DNA of 64,000 bases from Promethearchaeota archaeon (GCA_019058365.1 JAHPZE010000004.1:192001-256000), one strand, 5' to 3'; numbered from the stretch's first letter, positions 10,448 through 20,477 are shown. The notes: generated from the letters alone by a model not told the origin. Made by a program: numbers and translations.

Positions 10448-11743
10448 TTGGATGAAAATTTAAAAAGAGTTATGGTTATTGGAGGGGGAATCGCAGGAAT
10501 TCAAGCATCTTTAGATTTAGCTGAAAGAGGTATAAAAGTCGAATTGATTGAGAAAAATGCCTGTATCGGAGGACGAATGGCACAACTTGATAAAACATTT
10601 CCTACTAATGACTGTTCTATTTGTATTTTAGCTCCAAAACTCGCAGAATGTTTTCGACATCCAAATATTACTTTGCATACACTTTCAGAAGTAAAAAATC
10701 TATCAGGTCGACCAGGGAATTTCAATGTGAAAATATTCAAGAAAGCAAGATATGTAAAAGCAGAAGAATGTATAAATTGTGGACGATGTATAGAAAAATG
10801 TCCAATGAGGGTAGACGATGAATTTGATATGAAATTAAGAAAACGTAGAGCAATTTATATTGATTATGTTCAAGGTGTTCCCTCAATAATGACTATAGAT
10901 AAAGAAAACTGTTTATTTTTCACAAAGAACGCTTGCAGGATTTGTGAAAAAGTGTGTGAAAGAGAAGCAATCGATTTCGATCAAAAGGATGAAGAAATGG
11001 AATTAAATGTGGGATCTATCATTGTAGCGACAGGTTATGATATATTTGATCCAAAAACTCTCGAATCTTTAGGATATGGTCGATATCCCAATGTTGTTAC
11101 TGCTCTAGAATTTGAAAGATTAATTAGTGCTTCTGGACCGTTGGGAGGACATTTGACGAGGCCATCGGATAAAAATGAGCCTAAAAAACTGGCTTTCATT
11201 AATTGTGTAGGTTCAAGAGATATAAAAAACAATCCATATTGTTCATCTTGTTGTTGTATGTATACCACTAAAGAAGCAATGATAGCTTATGAGCATGATA
11301 ATGAGATAGATACTTCAATATTCTATATTGATCTTAGAGCTGCTGGTAAAGGTTTCCGAGAATATATTCAAAGAGGAGGAGATGAATATGCTATTAAATA
11401 CATTAAAGGAAAGGTAGCGAAGATATTGGAAGATGATCAAAGAAATCCTTTAATTATATTTGAAGATATTAATACTTCGCAAGTGAAACAACTTAAATTT
11501 GACTTAGTAATTTTAGCTACTACTATGATACCTAAAAAAGATGCTGCAGGATTAGCTAAAATCCTTGGAATTAAAATAAATGATTATAACTTTTTCAAAG
11601 CAGAGAATTACCAACCACAAAAATCCTCTAAGGAAGGAATTTTTCTCTGCGGTGCTTGTAGGGAACCAATGGATATTCCAAATTCTGTAATTGATGCAAG
11701 TGGAGCAGCCGCTAAAGCTGCTGAAATTGTAATGAGGGGGTAA
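10448..11743 (+). CDS. hdrA: HdrA-like flavoprotein, N-half type (FAD domain plus inserted ferredoxin)
   Basis: TTG start; VIGGGIAG, LDKTFPTNDCSICI, CINCGRCIEKCP, EFERL, CVGSRD..YCSSCCCMY. Confidence 0.88.
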   Translation: MDENLKRVMVIGGGIAGIQASLDLAERGIKVELIEKNACIGGRMAQLDKTFPTNDCSICILAPKLAECFRHPNITLHTLSEVKNLSGRPGNFNVKIFKKARYVKAEECINCGRCIEKCPMRVDDEFDMKLRKRRAIYIDYVQGVPSIMTIDKENCLFFTKNACRICEKVCEREAIDFDQKDEEMELNVGSIIVATGYDIFDPKTLESLGYGRYPNVVTALEFERLISASGPLGGHLTRPSDKNEPKKLAFINCVGSRDIKNNPYCSSCCCMYTTKEAMIAYEHDNEIDTSIFYIDLRAAGKGFREYIQRGGDEYAIKYIKGKVAKILEDDQRNPLIIFEDINTSQVKQLKFDLVILATTMIPKKDAAGLAKILGIKINDYNFFKAENYQPQKSSKEGIFLCGACREPMDIPNSVIDASGAAAKAAEIVMRG

Positions 11744-11747
11744 AAAA

Positions 11748-13415
11748 ATGACGGACGACGATATTAGAATTGGCGTTTTTATTTGTCATTGTGGTACTAA
11801 TATAGGTGGTGTTTTAGATATCTCTGAGTTAACAGAATATACCAAGACTTTACCTAATGTAGTATATAGTGCTGCAAACCTTTATACATGTTCAGAAGTT
11901 GGATTAAGTGAGATCAGAGAAAATATAAAGGAACATAATTTAAATCGTGTTATTGTAGCATCATGTTCTCCTCGAACTCATGAACCATTATTTAGATCAA
12001 CTTGTCAAGAAGCAGGTTTGAATCCTTATTTATTCGAAATGGTAAACATTCGAGATCAAGATTCTTGGGTTCATATGAAAGAGCCAGAAAAAGGTACCGA
12101 AAAGGCTAAAGATCTCATTAGAATGGGTGTTTTTAAGGCTGCTCTATTAGAATCATTAGAAAAAATGCAAGTTAGCGTAATACCTTCTGCTATAGTAATA
12201 GGTGGCGGGATCGCAGGAATGAATGCTGCATTAAATTTAGCAAACCAAAGTTTTAAAGTAAGTGTAATCGAAAAGGATTCTGAATTAGGAGGATTAATTA
12301 GACATTTAAATAAAGTATATCCTACTAATGAAGATGCTTCAAATATATTAGAAACAAGAAATTTGGTAGAGAATCATAAAAAAATTGAGGTATATAAGTC
12401 TGCTGTAATAGAAAAAATAGAAGGATATGTAGGGAACTTTAAAGTAATTATTCTTCAAAATAAAAAAACCATAGAAATTGAAGCAGGAGCTATTATTGTT
12501 GCTACAGGCGCAAAAGCTTTATCACCAGAAGGATACTATAATTATAATGGAAAAACCATAATAAGTCAATTAGAACTTGAAGGTTTATTAAAAGAGAATA
12601 AAATTAACAATTCTAACATTACTATGATTCAATGTGTTGGTTGTAGAAATGAAGAACGAAAATATTGTTCAAATATATGCTGTATGACTGCGCTTAAAAA
12701 TGCAATCTTAATCAAGGAACACAATCCAAATGCTAATATTAATATAATTTTTAGAGATATCCAAACTCAAGGTGTTGCCTATGAGGAATACTATAGAAGA
12801 GCAAGAGAAATGGGAATTTTGTTTATAAAATATTTACCAGAGAAACCTCCAACAATTAAGAAAGACCGTATTGAGGTTTATAATGAATTTATGAATCAAA
12901 TCATTGGATTTCCTTATGATCTTGTTGTATTATCAATGCCTCTTGTTGCTAATGAAGATTCAGAACAGCTAGCTAAAATGTTAAAAGTGCCATTAGAAGA
13001 GAATCATTTCTTTTTAGAAGCTCATGTGAAATTAAGACCTGTTGATTTTGCTACAGACGGTATTTTTGTATGTGGCTCTGCTCATTGGCCAGCGGATATT
13101 TCAGAATCAATATCACAATCAAATGCTGCAGCTTCTAGAGCAAGTACAATAATCTCGAAAGAAATGCTAGAAGTAGAAGGTTCTACAGCCGAAGTTAATA
13201 CAGATTTATGTGTGGGATGTGAAGCGTGTATTAAGATTTGTTCCTATAGTGCAATATCTAAAGATGAGGAAACTGATACTGTCGTAGTTAATAAAGTTGT
13301 TTGTAAAGGGTGTGGAGTATGTGGTGCTAGTTGTCCGCAAAATGCAATAACGATACACCACTTTACTAGCGATCAAATTATTGCTGAAATTGTAACTTAT
13401 GGAGGTGGAGAATAA
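11748..13415 (+). CDS. hdrA: HdrA-like flavoprotein, C-half type (N-terminal Fe-S domain, FAD domain, C-terminal 2x[4Fe-4S])
   Basis: RIGVFICHCG, ASCSPRTHEPLF, VIGGGIAG, FLEAHVKLRP, CVGCEAC, CKGCGVC. Confidence 0.88.
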   Translation: MTDDDIRIGVFICHCGTNIGGVLDISELTEYTKTLPNVVYSAANLYTCSEVGLSEIRENIKEHNLNRVIVASCSPRTHEPLFRSTCQEAGLNPYLFEMVNIRDQDSWVHMKEPEKGTEKAKDLIRMGVFKAALLESLEKMQVSVIPSAIVIGGGIAGMNAALNLANQSFKVSVIEKDSELGGLIRHLNKVYPTNEDASNILETRNLVENHKKIEVYKSAVIEKIEGYVGNFKVIILQNKKTIEIEAGAIIVATGAKALSPEGYYNYNGKTIISQLELEGLLKENKINNSNITMIQCVGCRNEERKYCSNICCMTALKNAILIKEHNPNANINIIFRDIQTQGVAYEEYYRRAREMGILFIKYLPEKPPTIKKDRIEVYNEFMNQIIGFPYDLVVLSMPLVANEDSEQLAKMLKVPLEENHFFLEAHVKLRPVDFATDGIFVCGSAHWPADISESISQSNAAASRASTIISKEMLEVEGSTAEVNTDLCVGCEACIKICSYSAISKDEETDTVVVNKVVCKGCGVCGASCPQNAITIHHFTSDQIIAEIVTYGGGE

Positions 13416-14186
13416 ATGGTCTTTGAACCTAAAATTTTAGGTTTTTTATGTAATTGGTGCTCTTATGCTGGAGCAGACTTAGCAGGTGTTAGTCGAATCC
13501 AATACCCAACAAATGTCAGAGTTATTCGCGTTATGTGTTCTGGAAGAGTTGATCCAGTATTTATTGTTGAAGCATTTATGAATGGTATTGATGGAGTACT
13601 TGTTTTAGGATGTCATTTAGGAGATTGCCATTATATAAGTGGTAATTATGAAACAGAATTAAAAATGAAAATGTTAAGTAAAACATTATCAATGATAAAT
13701 TTCTCTGATCGAGTTCGACTTGATTGGGTTTCTGCATCAGAAGGAAATAGATTCGCTCAAATAATTGGTGATTTTACTGAACATATCCGTAAATTGGGAC
13801 CATCTCCAATTAAAAATGAGAAAGTAAAGAAAGAAATAATTGATAATCTAAATGCTGTTAAATTTGCCCTATGTGATTCAAGGTTAAGAGCTTTAGTTGC
13901 TAGGCAACGAGAATTAACCACAGATGGAAATGTATATGGGGAAATAATACCGACAGAAGAATTTGAGGAAATACTTGATAATGCTATTGAAAATGAAATT
14001 ATTCGTCATAAAATTTTAGAAAAAATTAAGAACGAAGGTAAGTCTGTCCCTGATATTGCAAAAGAAATTGACGTTGAACCTTATAAAGTATTACAACATA
14101 TTGTAACTCTTCGAGCTCGAGGTTTAGTTGATGTTGATCAAATAAATGAAGAAATTCCCACTTTCATATCGATTAAAGAGGTTTAA
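13416..14186 (+). CDS. mvhD: MvhD [2Fe-2S] subunit with C-terminal helical plus winged-helix-like extension
   Basis: FLCNWCSYAGAD, RVMCSGRVD, GCHLGDCHY, WVSASEG; ~125-aa extension ending KSVPDIAKEIDVEPYKVLQHIVTLRARGLV. Confidence 0.88.
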   Translation: MVFEPKILGFLCNWCSYAGADLAGVSRIQYPTNVRVIRVMCSGRVDPVFIVEAFMNGIDGVLVLGCHLGDCHYISGNYETELKMKMLSKTLSMINFSDRVRLDWVSASEGNRFAQIIGDFTEHIRKLGPSPIKNEKVKKEIIDNLNAVKFALCDSRLRALVARQRELTTDGNVYGEIIPTEEFEEILDNAIENEIIRHKILEKIKNEGKSVPDIAKEIDVEPYKVLQHIVTLRARGLVDVDQINEEIPTFISIKEV

Positions 14187-14188
14187 AG

Positions 14189-17100
14189 ATGGAAAAAATT
14201 GGGTCAGTTTTAGTAATAGGAGGTGGAATAGCAGGCATCCAAGCTTCAATGGATTTAGCAGATTCAGGCTTTAAAGTTTATTTAATTGAATCATCAATGA
14301 GTATAGGAGGAGTTATGTCTCAATTAGATAAAACTTTTCCTACGAATGACTGTTCTATATGTATTCTCGCTCCTAAATTGGTTGCTGCAGGGCGTCATGA
14401 AAATATTACACTTTTAATAAATACAAATTTGGAAAAAATTGCGGGAAATCCTGGTAATTTTACTGTTGGGTTGAAACAAAACTCTTTATTATTGGATCAA
14501 GAAAAATGTACTGGTTGTGGGGTATGTGCTCAAGAATGTCCTGTAGAAGCTATTGATTTTTTTAATGAGGGGCTCTCAAATAGAGCTGCTATATCTGTTA
14601 AATTTCCACAAGCAGTTCCTTTAGTATTTTCAATTGATCAGGATCTGTGTATCGGATGTGGTTTTTGTAAGGGCGTATGTAAAGCTAAGGCAATTGATTA
14701 TACTCTCGAGGACAAATTTACTACTTTGAATGTTGGAGCTATTATTTTAGCAGTTGGTTTTGATGAATATGACCCTAGTCTTACACAACAATATGGTTAC
14801 AGTAAATATTTGAATGTTGTCACTAGTATTGAATTTGAGCGAATATTAAGTGCAAGTGGTCCCCATTCGGGGCTCATCCTTAGGCCATCTGATGGAATTA
14901 TTCCAAAAAAAATAGCATTTTTGCAGTGTGTTGGTTCAAGAGATAAAAAACATGGTGCAGAATATTGTTCTTCAATCTGTTGTATGTATACCGCTAAAGA
15001 AGCTGTAATTGCGAAAGAACATATGGCAATTATTGAACCTACGATTTTCTCAATGGATGTGAGAGCTGTTGGAAAAGATTTTGATAAATATATTGAACGT
15101 GCTCAAGATGAATATGGCATTAGATATATTAGAAGTAGAATTTCGGATATTAAGGAAATAGTAGAGACAAAAGATCTGATTCTTCATTTTGAGAATGAAG
15201 AGGGAAAAGTAGTTAGTGAGGTTTTTAACTTAGTTGTTTTGGCCGTAGGTGCTTTACCAAATCGGAGTACAAAAGAGTTAGTAAAAAAGCTAAATATTGA
15301 ATTGAATAGTTATGATTTCTGTAAGACAAAGCCATTTTCCCCAGTAGAAACATCCAGAAAAGGAATTTATGTATGTGGTATGATTTCAGAACCTAAAGAT
15401 ATTCCAGAAACAGTTGTAGAGGCAAGTGCGGCAGCAGGTGCTGTAAATATTCTTTTATCTGATGTCAGAAATACTTTAATAACTGAAAAAGAATTACCAA
15501 AAGAAATTGATACAAGTGGAGAACCCCCTCGCATCGGTGTTTTTATATGTCATTGTGGGATTAACATTGGAGGTGTTGTAGATGTTCCTGAAGTTGTTGA
15601 ATATGCAAGTCAATTACCTGATGTAATTTATGCTGAAAGGAATTTATATACATGCTCAGCAGATACTCAAACTAAGATTAAAGAAAAAATTAAAGAACAT
15701 AATCTAAATAGAGTAATTGTTGCTTCATGTACCCCAAGAACTCATGAACCCTTATTTCAAGCAACAATTAGGGAAGCAGGTTTGAATAAATATCTTTTTG
15801 ATTTAGCAAATATCCGGGATCAATGCTCATGGGTACATATGCATGAACCAGAGGAAGCAACAGAGAAAGCAAAGGATCTAGTGAGAATGGCTATTGCTAG
15901 AGCTCGAAAATTAGTCCCTCTCCAAGAACAACAAGTAGAAGTAATACATAAGGGAATGGTAATTGGAGGAGGCGTTGCAGGAATGACAGCAGCTTTAAAC
16001 CTTGCAAATCAAGGATTTGAAGTATTTCTTATAGAAAAAGCTGAAAAATTAGGAGGATTTTCTAATAATATTTATCAAACTATAGAAAATTATGATGTTC
16101 AAGAATTTCTTGAAGATTTAATTAATAAAGTTAATAATCATAAGCTCATTAACGTATTTCTTAATGCTAGAATTAACTCAATAGGTGGTTACGTCTGTAA
16201 CTTTACAACCAAAATTACATGTGGTGAAGATAAACAAAAGAAAGAATTTCAGCACGGTATTATTATTGTAGCTACTGGAGCTCATGAATACCAACCAAAA
16301 AATGGTGAATTTCTTTTTGATAAAGATAATAGAGTTATATTACAATCAGAACTCGAAAAAATTCTTTTCACTGAGGAAGAGAAAATTAATAATTTAAATT
16401 CAATAGTAATGATACAGTGTGTAGGCTCTAGAAATGAAGAGCATCCATATTGTAGTAGGATGTGCTGTAGTGAAGCAATTAAAAATGCTTTAAAGGCAAA
16501 AGAGATTAATCCAAATCTTAATATCACTATTTTATATAGAGATATTCGAACCTATGGCTTTAAAGAAAAATATTACAATTTGGCAAGAGAAAAGGGAATA
16601 CTTTTTCTCAGGTTCAAAGATGATGCACCCCCTGAAATTAAGTTAGAAAATGGTAAATTAGATGTTTATATAGATAAATCAGATATTGGAACTATTAAAA
16701 TAGGAGCAGATTTAATTGCTCTAAGTGCAGGTATTGTCGCTGATGGTGAAGCTAACGAAATTTTAGCAAAAATGTTAAAAGTCCCAACGAATGATGATAA
16801 TTTTTTCTTAGAAGCTCATGTAAAACTTCGACCATCAGATTTCGCAACTGACGGTATCTTTTTATGCGGAACTGCTCGCGGAACTGCAACAATTAGCGAA
16901 AGCATAGGACAGGCAATGTCAGCTGCCTCTAGAGCTACTACAATTTTATCTAAAGATATTTTAATTACTCAAGGTGTCATATCTAAGGTTGATCCCGCTT
17001 TATGCATTGGATGCAATAGATGTGCTGAAGTGTGTAATTATGGTGCAGTTGGTGTAAAATATGAAGAAGGTTTAATGGTTTCTGAAGTTAATCCTCTACT

Positions 17101-17650
17101 TTGTAAAGGTTGTGGAGATTGTGCTGCTGAATGTCCTGCAGAAGCTATTACTATGAGTCATTTTGGACGTATTCAAATTGAACCAATGATAACTGAAGCT
17201 GCAAAAACTTCACTTTCAGATGGACCGCCTAGAATAGTTGCATTTCTCTGCAACTGGTGTAGTTATGCCGGTGCAGATCTAGCTGGAGTAAGTCGATATC
17301 AATATCCTCCAAATATAAGAACTATAAGAGTAATGTGTTCTGGGGGCATCCCTAAGAGTTTTATACTCCAAGCATTTTTAGAAGGTGCTGATGGCGTTTT
17401 TGTAGGTGGATGCCATCTAGGAGATTGTCATTATATAGCCGGAAATCAAGATACTTTAAGAAGAACTAATGAAATTGAACAAATTATAGAATCTCTCGGA
17501 ATCAATCCCGGTAGATTCCTGCGAAGATGGGTTTCTGCTAGTGAAGGAAAGCTTTTTGCTGAAACCATTACAGAATTTACCGAAAAATTAAAAAAATTAG
17601 GTCCTATTGAAAATGACTATAAAAAAGAAGAAATTCTTATAACAAAATAA
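14189..17650 (+). CDS. hdrA: Large HdrA-HdrA-MvhD fusion protein (two FAD domains)
   Basis: Colinear with the three preceding genes: two GGGxAG FAD motifs, LDKTFPTNDC, RIGVFICHCG, C-terminal FLCNWCSYAGAD/GCHLGDCHY. Confidence 0.9.
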   Translation: MEKIGSVLVIGGGIAGIQASMDLADSGFKVYLIESSMSIGGVMSQLDKTFPTNDCSICILAPKLVAAGRHENITLLINTNLEKIAGNPGNFTVGLKQNSLLLDQEKCTGCGVCAQECPVEAIDFFNEGLSNRAAISVKFPQAVPLVFSIDQDLCIGCGFCKGVCKAKAIDYTLEDKFTTLNVGAIILAVGFDEYDPSLTQQYGYSKYLNVVTSIEFERILSASGPHSGLILRPSDGIIPKKIAFLQCVGSRDKKHGAEYCSSICCMYTAKEAVIAKEHMAIIEPTIFSMDVRAVGKDFDKYIERAQDEYGIRYIRSRISDIKEIVETKDLILHFENEEGKVVSEVFNLVVLAVGALPNRSTKELVKKLNIELNSYDFCKTKPFSPVETSRKGIYVCGMISEPKDIPETVVEASAAAGAVNILLSDVRNTLITEKELPKEIDTSGEPPRIGVFICHCGINIGGVVDVPEVVEYASQLPDVIYAERNLYTCSADTQTKIKEKIKEHNLNRVIVASCTPRTHEPLFQATIREAGLNKYLFDLANIRDQCSWVHMHEPEEATEKAKDLVRMAIARARKLVPLQEQQVEVIHKGMVIGGGVAGMTAALNLANQGFEVFLIEKAEKLGGFSNNIYQTIENYDVQEFLEDLINKVNNHKLINVFLNARINSIGGYVCNFTTKITCGEDKQKKEFQHGIIIVATGAHEYQPKNGEFLFDKDNRVILQSELEKILFTEEEKINNLNSIVMIQCVGSRNEEHPYCSRMCCSEAIKNALKAKEINPNLNITILYRDIRTYGFKEKYYNLAREKGILFLRFKDDAPPEIKLENGKLDVYIDKSDIGTIKIGADLIALSAGIVADGEANEILAKMLKVPTNDDNFFLEAHVKLRPSDFATDGIFLCGTARGTATISESIGQAMSAASRATTILSKDILITQGVISKVDPALCIGCNRCAEVCNYGAVGVKYEEGLMVSEVNPLLCKGCGDCAAECPAEAITMSHFGRIQIEPMITEAAKTSLSDGPPRIVAFLCNWCSYAGADLAGVSRYQYPPNIRTIRVMCSGGIPKSFILQAFLEGADGVFVGGCHLGDCHYIAGNQDTLRRTNEIEQIIESLGINPGRFLRRWVSASEGKLFAETITEFTEKLKKLGPIENDYKKEEILITK

Positions 17651-17688
17651 TATAATTATCAAATTAATAAAATTAAGAGTTTTTTAAA

Positions 17689-18387
17689 ATGATTATAACT
17701 AAACAAAAAGGTATTGAAGAAATATATGAAATGATAAAACCATACTCAAAAATCCTAGTCGCTGGGTGTGATGGATGTTGTCAACCTCCACGCTCAATTA
17801 ATGAAGCAAAATTATTGGCACAAATGTTAGAATTGAAAGCAAGGAGTAATGGAAAAGAATTAAAATGGAAAGCTATCACTGTCCTAAGACAGTGTGATGA
17901 TAGAATTGCAGCAACGACAATAAGACCATTTATTGAAGAATTTGATGCAATTGTATCTTTAGCATGTGGTTTAGGTGTCGGAATGTTAAATAGAATCTTT
18001 CCTACAATTCTCACTTTTCCAGCACAAAACAGTATGTTTGGTGGAGCAGAAAATAATGGAGAAAATTATTTTGTTGAGTATTGTGAAACTTGTGGAGAAT
18101 GTCTCCTGGGAGTTACAGGTGGTATTTGTCCGATGGCAGGATGTGCAAAAAACCTGAGTAACGGTCCTTGTGGAGGACAAGTTGAAGGTAAATGTGAAGT
18201 AGGAGGATATACACACGATTGTGCATGGGTCAAAATCTGGGAACGATTGAAGAAATTCAATAGACTTGATTTATTCACAGTTTATAGACCACCACGAAAT
18301 TACCGTATATGGTCGAGTCCAAGATTTTTACATATTTATGAACCAAGTTCAAATGTGGAAGAACCGAAAAAGGAGGAGAAAGTATAA
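17689..18387 (+). CDS. metV: MetV, methylenetetrahydrofolate reductase Fe-S subunit (MTHFR C-terminal domain family)
   Basis: GCDGC, SLACGLG, CETCGECLLGVTGGICP..CAKNLSNGPCGG..CEV..CAW. Confidence 0.87.
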   Translation: MIITKQKGIEEIYEMIKPYSKILVAGCDGCCQPPRSINEAKLLAQMLELKARSNGKELKWKAITVLRQCDDRIAATTIRPFIEEFDAIVSLACGLGVGMLNRIFPTILTFPAQNSMFGGAENNGENYFVEYCETCGECLLGVTGGICPMAGCAKNLSNGPCGGQVEGKCEVGGYTHDCAWVKIWERLKKFNRLDLFTVYRPPRNYRIWSSPRFLHIYEPSSNVEEPKKEEKV

Positions 18388-18388
18388 A

Positions 18389-19327
18389 ATGCCAAAAAGA
18401 CCTGCTTACAGTAATCTAGTAAAGAATATCAAAGAAGGAAAATTCGTATTCACTGGTGAATTAGAACCTGAGAAAGATTTTGATTTAAAACATGTTCTGA
18501 AGTCTGCAGAAGCAATGAAAAAGACTAATAAAATCGTTGCCGCTAATGTTACAGACGGGCCTCAAGGAGATGCTTATACATGTTCCATGGTCCCTTGCTA
18601 TCTAGTTCAAGAAAAAGTTGGATTAGAAGCCATCTGGCAGATGACTGTTCGAGATAGAAATAGAATTGCTCTATTTGGTGATATTTTAGGTGGTGCAATT
18701 CTCGGTCTTAAAAATCTACTTGCATTAACAGGTGATCATTCTGCACTTGGAGATCACCAAAATGCTAGACCTGTTTATGATCTAGATTCTACTCAATTGA
18801 TAGAACTCGTTTCAAAAATGGTTGATGAAGGAACTGATTTAGAAGGAAATGAGATAGTAGGAGGAAAACCGCAAATAAATGTTGGTTGTGCTGCAAATCC
18901 AAATTCAAATCCAAGAGAGCCAGAAATTTTAAAAGTTGGGAGAAAGGTAGAGGTGGGAGCAGATTTCATTCAAACTCAAACTTCATTTGATATTGATGAT
19001 GCTAAGGAGTTTCTAAAGGAATTAGAAAAATATAATACTCCTGTCTTACTTGGGTTATTTCCAATAAAAAGTTATGGAATTGCTGCCTATTTTGATGCAA
19101 ATATTCCAGGTGTGTCAGTTCCTAAAGAATTTCTTGGAGCATTAAAGAAAGCAGAAAAAGATAATAAGGGGAATAAAAATGCTAAATATGCTGCGATAGA
19201 TAAGGTTAATCTGGAGTTCTACAGACCGTTTATTAATGAAATTAAGAAAACTACTAAAGCTGCAGGAATTCATTGTATGGCAGTACATTATGAAAGATTA
19301 TTTGATCCACTCCTTAAAGATTTCTGA
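18389..19327 (+). CDS. metF: MetF, methylenetetrahydrofolate reductase (FAD)
   Basis: ATG 1 nt after the metV stop; FTGELEP, NVTD, QMTVRDRNR, LALTGDH, PVYDLDS, GADFIQTQ, GIHCM. Confidence 0.9.
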   Translation: MPKRPAYSNLVKNIKEGKFVFTGELEPEKDFDLKHVLKSAEAMKKTNKIVAANVTDGPQGDAYTCSMVPCYLVQEKVGLEAIWQMTVRDRNRIALFGDILGGAILGLKNLLALTGDHSALGDHQNARPVYDLDSTQLIELVSKMVDEGTDLEGNEIVGGKPQINVGCAANPNSNPREPEILKVGRKVEVGADFIQTQTSFDIDDAKEFLKELEKYNTPVLLGLFPIKSYGIAAYFDANIPGVSVPKEFLGALKKAEKDNKGNKNAKYAAIDKVNLEFYRPFINEIKKTTKAAGIHCMAVHYERLFDPLLKDF

Positions 19328-19415
19328 AATAAGAACATAAATTTAAAGAATAATTTTTTCGAAATTTCAAATTAAGATTTTTTTAAATATTAAAAAAGAG
19401 AAGAGGGAATTAATA

Positions 19416-19886
19416 ATGAAAAATTTAGATGATAAGGATAAGAGAATCCTTGAAATGCTTCTTGCGGATTCTAGAAGACCATATCATGAAATAGCGGCAG
19501 ATCCAAAGGTAGAATTATCTGAATCGACTGTAAGAAAACGTGTTATCAAACTGCAAGAAGAAGGGGTAATTGAAAAGTTTACTATACAGATCTGCCGTGA
19601 AGATGAAAGATGCATTATTGCATTCATTACACTTATTCCAAAAAGTTTAGCTGAGACAAAAGAATTATTAAGAGAAGCCCAAATCCTACCTCAATGTGAG
19701 GAAGTTTATTTTCTTGCGGGAGAATGTGGTGTTTTGATAAAAGTCAATGTACCTGAAATAATTGAGCTAGATGCGTTAATAGAATCATTCCGTGCTCGTG
19801 CTGATGTAAAAAGTGTTGAGAGAGTATGTGTAGTTTTAAGACCAATAAAAACCCTTCAACAACAATCGGAAGTTCGAGTTTTATAA
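19416..19886 (+). CDS. Lrp/AsnC family regulator (5 Cys)
   Basis: LDDKDKRILEML..RRPYHEIA..LSESTVRKRVIKLQEEGVIEKF. Confidence 0.87.
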   Translation: MKNLDDKDKRILEMLLADSRRPYHEIAADPKVELSESTVRKRVIKLQEEGVIEKFTIQICREDERCIIAFITLIPKSLAETKELLREAQILPQCEEVYFLAGECGVLIKVNVPEIIELDALIESFRARADVKSVERVCVVLRPIKTLQQQSEVRVL

Positions 19887-20477
19887 CTATTTTTTGAATG
19901 CTTTTGTAAAAACCATCTCATCACTGATGACTTGCCAAGTTCTCCAACCATTTTCAACCTTTTCTTTAGCTTCTTTAATAAAGGCGTTATAACCGATCTC
20001 ACGGCATCTTTTCAAATTATTACATGTATCTCTACTATATCTTGTACAAATCATTTTGGTCATTTGAGCTTTATTTGCCATTGGCACGGGATTAGAATCT
20101 TCATTTGGACAGGCAGTTTCTGCTGAAGAATCATAATCGTTACATTCAGCACATGTCCAGTAACCCTTGGATTTAACACATTTCGCAATACCACAAAATT
20201 GTGATGCAAACCCTCCGATATAACATCCAGGACACTTTCCTTTAACACTGGCTTTAATGTATTTATTTAATGTCTTTAAGGTAATATTTATTTCTTCAGG
20301 ATTTAATCCAATTGCCATACTAGTATCTACCATATTTCCTCCTTCCCAAATACTTTTAAGTTTTTTTGCCGCTTCTAACCCTCCTCCAGTATAAGTATCA
20401 CATCCTAAACAGACAATGCCACAAGGAGCAAGAACTCCTCTATCTTCTTCTTTAACATCTTCTAATTTTAAACTCAT
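19887..20477 (-). CDS. Cys-rich protein, DUF3795-like
   Basis: APCGIVCLGC, CPGC, CGIAKCVKSKGYWTCAEC. Confidence 0.7.
   Translation of the reverse strand: MSLKLEDVKEEDRGVLAPCGIVCLGCDTYTGGGLEAAKKLKSIWEGGNMVDTSMAIGLNPEEINITLKTLNKYIKASVKGKCPGCYIGGFASQFCGIAKCVKSKGYWTCAECNDYDSSAETACPNEDSNPVPMANKAQMTKMICTRYSRDTCNNLKRCREIGYNAFIKEAKEKVENGWRTWQVISDEMVFTKAFKK

Noticed and set aside
18266-18388. Track's longer N-terminus for metF
   Set aside because: Overlaps metV by 122 nt; ATG 18389 directly after the metV stop matches the paralog's length
7402-19327. Selenocysteine recoding in HdrA/MvhD/FrhB (known selenoprotein families in Lokiarchaeia)
   Set aside because: No in-frame TGA inside these ORFs and the motif positions are Cys. 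The terminal TGAs (frhB, metF) are followed by a second stop or non-coding AT-rich sequence
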